From assembly GCA_964016885.1 (NCBI GenBank), contig OZ024740.1, positions 47,120,001 through 47,184,000 of the forward strand: DNA of 64,000 bases, given 5' to 3'. The translations under genes and the position numbers were made by a program. Positions within the stretch are counted from its first letter, which is position 1. Every line of letters begins with the position of its first letter. Positions 54,791 through 64,000 of the stretch are shown here, piece after piece. Under the pieces are notes generated by a model. It saw only the letters and a list, made by a program, of their open reading frames with translations. It was not told the DNA's origin and made no database searches. The stretch comes from Eledone cirrhosa (lineage: Eukaryota).

Positions 54791-55240
54791 TATTGGCAGT
54801 CGATGTGTCCGCTCTGAGAGTGTCAGCTAGCGCCACCCCACTCACTCATTCGGCCGCTGACCTCTGCCCGACCGACCCCATTTCACGCGCACGCGCGCTC
54901 TGCCGAATACCTCAGATATTCAAAACAACAAACAGCGGAGGACGCGTTTCGCACCTGTCCGACAGACAACCTTTCCCCCACCCCGGAAAAAACCCCCAGT
55001 TGATGGATGTGAATCCGAAATATATAGGGACTATTAAATCTCTCCCAAGGTAGCTCTCTCTTGTGTTGTTATTTTTATTTGATCCTTTATACTCTTCCCT
55101 TTATTCTTCTACACATCTTACACATCTTATACACACCACGCATCTCAACGTACACCCACTTACGTCTCTCTCTCCACCACCGGATCTTGTTACCCGGAGA
55201 TTTACCCATTTGCATTGTCGAGGCTTCCAAACGACTTAAA
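54790..55240 (+). mobile_element. Probable inverted 3' UTR/pLTR of the adjacent PLE with HHR-like motif
   Basis: strand composition flips at ~54790; 54994-55029 reads CCC-CAGUUGA-U-GGAU GUGA AUCC-GAA-AUAUAU-A-GGG; ends in (TATG)n. Confidence 0.55.
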
Positions 55241-55241
55241 G

Positions 55242-55272
<31 letters not shown>

Positions 55273-56192
55273 TGTATGTATGTATGTATGTATGTATGTA
55301 TGTATTTAAGTATGTATGTTTATATGCATGTGTGTGTATGTGTGTGTGTGTGAAAGTGTGTGTGAAAGTGTGAGCGTGTAAGTGTTCTTTTGTGTAGCAT
55401 GTTCGGCGGTTTTTCAGTTGGAAACAAAGTGAAGAATTTTAAACACATTAGCGTATTTATTTATAATACTGATGTTATAACATGCAGTTGTATAAGCAAT
55501 TCACTAACAGCCATACATTACTGGTACTACGCCATTTGGATGTAAAATTACGAAATACTCTGTAAACTTTCAAGAGTTGTGACTACACGCAATTCCCATA
55601 GCTATATAATAAACACAATCGTCTGTGTCGTATGGAATTGTGATATTGCTGTAGTTTTTTTTTCTTTGTTCCAGCATTTGAAATGAAACTAAGAGAATGA
55701 CTATTCATTGGCATAATGAGATTTTCACGCTGAAGCGCCATCGTACCAAAATTATTTTTAGAACAACTAAAGCCACATGATCTTCTGAGTTGTTGCTTTT
55801 TTTTTGAGTGGATATCCATACATTTTGTGGGGGCTGAGAAAATTCTTTTATTTTTTTTCTTTCATGTGACTTATTTATTGTGATTATTTTTCTTCCAGCT
55901 GAAGACGACAGGGGCTGAATGTCACGCAAACCAACAACCCCAGATACATATGCTGACTTTCACAAAACTACCATGTGTATGTGTGTGTATATTAGTATAG
56001 AAAATTATATATGTATATATATATTTATGTTCATACAAATGGAAGAAAAGATTCTTAATATATTCATTCCTTTATATATATATATACACATATATATATA
56101 GATATGAAAAATTCGGGACTCCGACAGCTGAGTTCCTGCTGTTTCAACAGCTAGATCCGAACTGAATCGCCGGTATTCGGGCGCCTCCATCT

Positions 56193-56330
<138 letters not shown>

Positions 56331-57247
56331 CACACACACATATATGTATAAGCACGTCTGTGTCTGTGTAATATATGTAATATTGATATGGAAGGAAACA
56401 CTGGAAATATAACCCAAGTTCTAGCGCAGATATGGAACTTACTACCGTTTCAGACGTGCATAAGGTATCTTCAGAGTTAATTTAACGCTTGCTGTTTTGA
56501 TTTCACGAAGATCGTGTTGAAGCAACCCGTTTAAGAAAACAAAATCTTCAAATAATTATTTTTCCACCCAGGAAAAAACAAAAATAAATAAACGCCTAAG
56601 TTCACCCGACGACTTGCTAATCTACGTATTGGTGTAAGTTTGATAATCGTTCGAAGAATTAGAATGCATAAATATAGCATATATCCTGAGGTGTGGAATG
56701 AAACACAGAGGATATCCTCCCCATTAATTACTGAATGACGACCGTACTAATCTTTTTTTTTTAATAATGATCTATTACTCTTTGTCAGAATTACAAATTA
56801 CACCTTGGTGTAATCTCGGAAGTAATTTCTTTTTGCATTATTTTGAGATGCCATCATATATAAAAGTTAGCGTTAACATATTTTACGTAGTGTGCATTAA
56901 AACGCTACTTAGAACTATTTCAACAAAAAATTATAAAAAAATAGTCAATAGAAAAATGAAATTGGCCTTTGGCCAAATTAAGTAAAAAATAAATTAGTAA
57001 ATATTTCACATATTTATCTTTTTTATCATATACTATATCAAGCGTTAACCTAATATATCCCTTCCATATACTGAACCGATTGTGTTGTTATTTCTGTTTA
57101 CCTTTTACATACATACATATGCCAACAATTCTGGTTTCCTTGTCAACAAATCCATTTTTGATTATATAATTGTCAAATCTCTATATATTTTTAGCGTTAA
57201 AGAATAATTAGCTTTTGTTTTATTGTATCCGTGAATAGTTGTCTAAG

Positions 57248-57620
57248 ACAGCGATGTGTCAGAATCGTTAGAACATTGGATAAAATACTTTATTTGTTCC
57301 AACTCTTAGCACTCTGTGCACAAATCTGAAGGTCAAATTTCATCCTTTCGAAGTCGATAAATAAAGTACCAGCCCAGTTCAATACTGGATTGGATTTTTC
57401 CCTCTATATCTCTCCTTTCTCACTTGCACTCAACTCTTCTTCTAGATAGAGCACCAGATATCATGCTTTGCAGCATAGAGTTATGGCCCTTTAAGTTCTG
57501 AGTTAAAATCCTGTCGAGGTTAACTTTGATTTTCTTCATTACGGGGTCGATAAAATAAAGTACCAGTAATGTACTGGGTAATTGCTGGCCTTGTGCCAAT
57601 AGTATAAACAATTATTATTA
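57248..57620 (+). mobile_element. Two tandem Nin/Deu SINEs
   Basis: ttcatcctttcgaagtcgataaataaagtacc and cattacggggtcgataaaataaagtaccag. Confidence 0.75.
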
Positions 57621-59627
57621 CTCGATTTGTTCGGGACTGTTTTTTGTTTTAATTTTTATACATTGTTTTGTGGAAAATAGTTAAATTTGGAAAATAGTTA
57701 AACTCATTTACAAAGATGGTGTCACTATTGTTGTCGTCGTGCTATATAGCCAGCCAATAAAGGGGGAGAGACGGATGTCTTTCAAAAAGCGAAAATCTTT
57801 CTGTTATTCGAAATGTTCTCTAATCAAATATTAACTTTCTACTCCAACCACTCTCCCTAATCAACACCACCACAAGAAGTTGAATCCGTGAAAGCAGCAA
57901 TATCAAAAATAAAAAAATTAACAACAACAATGGCAGAAACATTGAGATTACCACCACCACAACGATGCACGGTTTCATACTGGTGCATTGGTATCAAAAC
58001 ACGGAAAGTTGAAAGAACGAGCGAAGCACAAATAAGAAAACGTTTAAATCCCGAGTGAGGGAAAGAACTCATATCGAAGCGGAAACAAGGAAGTACTTTA
58101 TAACACAACTAGAAAATGAAGGACTCATCAACATTGCCTCGAATCTCGGTCAGCCTATGACAAGGTTGGGGGTGATAAATGAGCAGACTGAATTAATCAT
58201 CCCCTGGTTGGTGGCAGCCCTCTTTGTTGAAATTAAATATCAGGTCACAATCCTGGAATTAGACAGGGGGTGTTGGTTTTGTCAGTGACAGTCTCCCCCT
58301 CTCTCTATTTGTGTGTCTGTCTGTGTGTGGGTGTGAGTGTGTGTGTGTGTATGTGTGTGTGTGTGGCCGAGGGGGAAAATTTCCACTCTAGCAATTCCTA
58401 TGACTCTGTTCTTATGTCTGCGCTGTTTCCATTTTCCTTCGTTTACTAGGGCCTCGACACATATTTCTATGTCCAACTAAAGCAGATGAAAGGAGACGTA
58501 TGACTGCATATGTATGACAGTTTGTATTTGTATTTTGTTTGGTGGAGCAAGAAAGGGAAATATTTGGGGACTGCAGTGTTCTGTTGTTATTGTTAGTTTC
58601 TGTAGATGCTGTTCATCTTACAACTTCTATTGTTGTTACTGCTTTTACCATTGCGGTAGGTGGTAGTATTGTAGATAAAATACACGAACAGTGGGGGTAA
58701 TTGATAATTTCCTCAACTTCATGCACAGAGAGGTTAGGTAATAAATCAGGCCTCGGTGAGGCGCTGATTAATTTGACTCAATGAAAGGCTTTCAATAGGG
58801 TCAACCATCAATATTTGGTGGCTGCCTGCAAGACAGCTGGCTTCGGTCCCATTTTCAGTGGCTAGATCGCTTCAAAGCACAGCGGCATTGGCTCAGTTGT
58901 CAGATTTAGGAGTGGCCACATTTGGGAGCCGTTTCAAATCTGTTAAGGGTGTTTTCACTCATCTTTCCTGTATGTACTGGCTCTTGAACTAGTACTGCGG
59001 AAATTGGAGGCTTTATGAGATATCCTGCTCGAAATAGGACATAGAAGGATCGGTTGTCATATAGAGATGACGTACCCATAATAGATTCGGACACTATGGA
59101 TGTCGACACCGTTCGAAAGGAACACTCAATCGTCTTGCAAATGAAGAGGACACAGAGAAAGAAAAGGAATAGCAAACTTGGAAAATGTGAAAAACAAAGC
59201 GAAAAAACAAACAACGTGCAGAAGTTGTCAATAGAAGCTCATCTTCTTCTGAGAAGATATAAACTTTACAATGATTACAACAGATGGGCGATTTGAACAA
59301 ACTGCAAGCAAAACACATTCAGAAAAGGTTATGTGCAGATTTGTGAGAAGAGGGTTTCCAATTAGGTGAAATAGAATGTGAAGTTAGAACGCCATCGAAA
59401 ACCAATTTACAAAGCTATGGAATTTATAACTTAAGCACTTAGGCGTGGGCTTTTTTTCACCACTTTAACACTTTAGTTGCTTATGATTTTCTTTAAGACC
59501 GACTATGTTCAGTTCATAAATGAGGGGTACATAAAAACAGAAGGGGACAGGGTTTTGTTGTGCTCTAATCAAACACACAATTTACTTCGTCGCCTACTTA
59601 TGAGAATGAATATCTTAATGTATTATA

Positions 59628-59820
59628 TAATTGTTTCTTCTTTTGGCACAAGGCCAGCAATTATCCCAGTGTATTACTGGTACTTTATTTTATCGACCCC
59701 GTAAGGATGAAAGGCAAAGTTAACCTCGGCGGGACTTGAACTCAGAATAACAAGGGCCTTAACTCTATGCGTCAAAGCATGGCGTCCGACCCTCTACCAA
59801 TACTGCCAATCGACCGCCGC
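59628..59820 (-). mobile_element. Nin/Deu-type tRNA SINE
   Basis: ctggtactttattttatcgaccccgtaaggatgaaaggcaaagttaacctcggcggg. Confidence 0.85.
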
Positions 59821-62031
59821 GTATGTATTATATAATGTCTTCTAATTCATCTCTTCATTTCTATATATACATTCCCACACGTCGTTGTAGTATTCATGAA
59901 TAGGTTTTGATGGCATACAAAAGAAGCAATTATTATTATTTTCATTATAATTTGTTGTAATGTTCAATAACGTCCAGTATTTAGATTAATTTCTCAAGTC
60001 GTGTCGAAACATGTTATAAACATTTAAAAATAACCATTTTCTTTAAAACCAAAGAATGTTACACAGTTAGACAGCGATAATGTACATAGTCATATTAGTA
60101 TAGGCGTGATGAATAGAAGCTTCTCACATCGGCAATAATGAGAGTTGATTTCTTCCGAATTGGGCCACCACACTATAACGCTTGTCGCTGAAAAGACAAA
60201 TTATATTAATATATTATTAATGCGGAAGTATTTTCAACAATAATTATTTTATAAAATGCACTAGAAGTGATATTTTCATTTATGTTAAGCTTACAAGAAA
60301 CATTGGTTTTCCAGGTCATGAAGTGTTTTCATTACTTATCGGATTCTTCTGTCTTTTATTAAACTATACTTATAAATGTGTCGTTAAATATGTGGGAATA
60401 TTAGTTTATGCCTAAAAATAACACATTTCAGAGCAGTTGAATAAACTAAAGCAAAAATATTTTAATGTATAGAAATGTAAACGCAACAATAATTATTTAA
60501 AGTCGAATAAGTACCTATGTAAGAATGTGTACGGTAGCTACTTAAAAGACACGTGAGATATGTTTATAATAGTCGATAATTTAACTGCTGGGTGTCACCA
60601 CTTTTCCACCGTTTAACAAGCTTGACACAAATTCGTCAATAGAATTATCTTATGATGCTATATGGTATGTTGTAAAAGCTTGGGAAAATATTTGACTAGT
60701 TTCAATCAAAGGTACACATACATTTAAACTGTTCATATCTTTTATTTGACATGCACACACGCAAGCAAAATACACATAAAAAGGCTTCGGTAAACATTGA
60801 TTTTAAAAAGGAAGTCCTGTTTAAATATTTAAAGTCATAAATAATGAATAAATATTTATTTTGGATATGATTTATTTTCCACTGGTCCGATATTAATTTT
60901 GCAGATGTTTATATTATATTTATATAGCACTTTCAATGTACCTTTCTCGAGAGGTTTCATAGAAATACTTTTCAATTCTTTGAGTTCTTGAATGGTGGAT
61001 CTATTTTCTTTCTGAGAATAGATTGTAAATTTTTATTTATCTTAGGAATATCTCAATTCATAGAGATACAATCCTGTTTACCATGTTAACATATTTATGA
61101 TAAATAAAACAACACATTACGTGAAAATAGAATGTATAGCGAGTAGTAAATGGCTGAGCTGTACAGAACAATCAACCAGAGGTTCAGGAGTTCGAAACAT
61201 GTCTCAAGCACAAAGCTGGGCTCATGTCTAAAATACTTAGCTTTCACATCAACGAGGTTAGGTAACTGTTAGTGCTGCAAAGCAGTAAGGTTAATACTTG
61301 ATACAATTGTTTGCAGTGTTCAGTTTAAAATATTCCATAAGAATGTTCTCCCACCATAGGAAAAGATATAATCATTTGAACTGATATGTTACTTAACAAT
61401 CAAAGCACAGAAAGGATGCAGCAAATTGGCAGAGTCTTTAGAGTGTTAAATATAATAACTCGTGTTTCGGCTCTCTGCGCTGTGAATTCAAATCCTTCCG
61501 TGGTCGACTTTTTTATTTTCAGGCTTGTTAAAATAAGACACCAGTCCATGGCGGTAGATCAGGCGGGATTGTTAGGGTGTGAGAAAGGTAACTTGCGGTA
61601 TCTATTCTAACTCTTTGTATTCTGAGTTATTCGGTACAGAGATTCAAATCCCAATTGTCGCCAGGGCTAATCACCTGCCCACGGGACCACAACTGATTAT
61701 AAAAGCTGCAATTATTAGAGAAAAATTGTAGCCTACTGCTACTATAGTCAAACAATGACGATAATGGAATGCAAAGAAGACTATGAAAAGGGAACTAAGA
61801 AAATATAAGGTCAGAACTGAGCACGGTTTAGCCGCGAAACCAATCTGGACTGAAGATACAGTGCACTTTTCAAGCAAATAAAATGTAATGACATGGAGTA
61901 GAAATTAATATGACGTTAATATGGGTGGAAACGGGGTTGTTCTGTAGAAGCCATTTGTATATTAAATATTTATACTCTGCTATGTATTGAGTACCTTACT
62001 TACTGTGGTTGCCCCCAATTAAACCCGGGAT

Positions 62032-62063
<32 letters not shown>

Positions 62064-62112
62064 GTATATATATAGAGATTACAATAATCAAAGTTCAGTT
62101 TAAATCATTTAT

Positions 62113-62161
62113 TTGCTTACAATTGTTTCTTCCAAACCGAGGTTTGGATTCTTCGGAGCAA
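62113..62161 (-). ncRNA. Hammerhead ribozyme, U4C core variant
   Basis: UUGCU-CCGAAGA-A-UCCAAAC CUCG GUUUGGA-A-GAA-ACAAUUGU-A-AGCAA. Confidence 0.75.
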
Positions 62162-62293
62162 CTATTTAGTGATCTATAACATACTTGACCTCCTTTTCAA
62201 CACAAGAGACATATAAAAACATATGCATATATTGACCCACAGTAGGATGACATCCATCATAATGATATAGCATGGCAATTTACATATAAAGGA

Positions 62294-62659
62294 TAAAAAT
62301 AAAAATAAAAATAAAAATAAAAATGAAAATGAAAATGAAAATAAAAATAAAAATAAAAATAAAAATAAAAATAAAAATAAAAATAAAAATAAAAATAAAA
62401 ATAAAAATAAAAATAAAAATAAAAATAAAAATAAAAATAAAAATAAAAATAAAAATAAAAATAAAAATAAAAATAAAAATAAAAATAAAAATAAAAATAA
62501 AAATAAAAATAAAAATAAAAATAAAAATAAAAATAAAAATAAAAATAAAAATAAAAATAAAAATAAAAAATAAAAATAAAAATAAAAATAAAAATAAAAA
62601 TAAAAATAAAAATAAAAATAAAAATAAAAATAAAAATAAAAATAAAAATAAAAATAAAA
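62294..62659. repeat. (TAAAAA)n hexanucleotide microsatellite
   Basis: directly visible, ~60 units. Confidence 0.97.
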
Positions 62660-62889
62660 CATTGGCAGTTTATGAAGATAAAGCAAGAGGAAAGTTTAGA
62701 GAAGTCAGTGTATGAAACAATCTCACGCGTAGCATGCATGCGTGTCTTATTTATACAGGATTAGAGTGCGGCAGATTGTTACTTGTAGGATCAGGCAGTT
62801 AAAGCAGGCAATCGATAGTATTATGCGGGCTGTCAAGTTTGCAATTTTCAACAGTTGAAAATTGCAAACATGACTGTCATCACTGAATG

Positions 62890-62928
62890 TGAACCTGAAG
62901 AATGCGAAAGCATGAAAGTACTTGTTCA
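62890..62928 (+). ncRNA. Canonical-core minimal type I hammerhead ribozyme
   Basis: UGAAC-CUGAAGA-AUGC GAAA GCAU-GAA-AGUACU-U-GUUCA. Confidence 0.85.
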
Positions 62929-63079
62929 ATTAACACTTAACATTTAATATTCTATCATACTATTTCATTATAATATCATTATAATTTTAAAGGATTGTAA
63001 ATAAAACGAGTAAATGAGACAAAGTTGGAATTCCTTTTATTAATATAATCTTCTACATACAATCATACACACCCGTGTG

Positions 63080-63154
<75 letters not shown>

Positions 63155-63589
63155 GTTTTCCGTCGCAGAACGGAAAGAGATCAAAGTTAAATAATTGTTT
63201 CTACTTTAGGCACAAGGCCAGCAATTACCCAGTGCATTACTAATGCCTGCTGCTTATCTCAGGTCAACGCTTAGTAAGTAGACTTGATAACGAATTCATT
63301 CCAGCCATGACTATTCCATCGTATTTTCATTTAACAATCTCACGATTGCATAATCAAGTGCATCATTTTTTTAAGAAGATTTAAGGGAAATGTGGCCGCT
63401 ATTTTTAGTTGATCGAGTGGCCGCGTACTATGTCTCTTCAAACATATACGATAATATGTCACTTCAGACCAGACATCTAATTACCCCAATTGATGAAAGA
63501 TTACTGTTTTATCCTAATTATTTAGATAATTTTATCTACATGAGAAATCACATTGAGGATCCAGTTTTATTATTATTGCTGTGAGCATA

Positions 63590-63590
63590 C

Positions 63591-63643
<53 letters not shown>

Positions 63644-64000
63644 GAGGAGATCTTTCTTAATCACATACAACCATCTGGTGAAAGGGTCTTTGTAAGCGGC
63701 CACGTTTCTGTTCCATAGAGGAGAACGGAGAAGACCGACGCGTTGTAGATACGGAGCCTTCGTCTTCCGAGAGATAGAACAGTGGCGCCAAAGGGGCTTC
63801 CACAGGGAATGCATGACTACGGCAGCCAGACCACATCTACGGTTATTCTTGGGGATCAGGTCTCCATTGTCGAGCTCAGATAAATGAAGGAGCTTTGAAA
63901 CTCCATGACATCGGGGCCAATATGAAGCGGGGGGGGGGGGGATTTGGGCAATCACCAACATGCATTAACTTGGTCATCGACCAGCTCACCTGAAAGCCAA
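63590..64000 (-). mobile_element. RTE-clade LINE fragment ending in an (AAC)n tract
   Basis: LWRHCSISRKTK, then frameshift, then IYNASVFSVLLYGTETWPL. Confidence 0.8.

Noticed and set aside
57900-59120. Host exons or L1 ORF1 remnants
   Set aside because: Short broken frames with only vague ORF1-like motifs; cannot be supported without a search.
61138-61212. tRNA gene
   Set aside because: Only A/B-box-like remnants with no cloverleaf; more likely a decayed SINE head.
62174-62739. Long FY/FL/KI ORFs, and all YI, HT, CV and MYVC ORFs elsewhere
   Set aside because: Microsatellite translations.

Overview
AT-rich, microsatellite-saturated metazoan DNA, most likely non-coding. The tRNA-derived Nin/Deu- and CORE-type SINEs look like those of octopus; this is an inference from repeat types. 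No intact host gene is visible, and nearly all ORF-track entries are microsatellite translations or transposon remnants. The window holds Penelope-like elements (PLEs) of at least three types, one of them a 4.5-kb head-to-head palindrome. It also holds a degenerate L1/Tx1 LINE, CRE and RTE LINE 3' ends, a non-autonomous Helitron, hAT-type remnants and about 20 SINEs. The main hidden signal is RNA-structural. A near-perfect 5.5-copy, 467-bp tandem array (10255-12823) sits in (TA)n, and each full unit carries an intact minimal type I hammerhead ribozyme (HHR) on the minus strand inside a hairpin-rich monomer. It also has a short inverted 5' junction. This is a candidate cephalopod retrozyme (self-cleaving circular-RNA retroelement mobilised by PLEs). 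About ten further HHR or HHR-like motifs with palindromic stem III are scattered through the window, including CUGAAGA, CCGAAGA and compensatory UUGAAAA cores. All structures were read by eye; none was folded computationally or tested.
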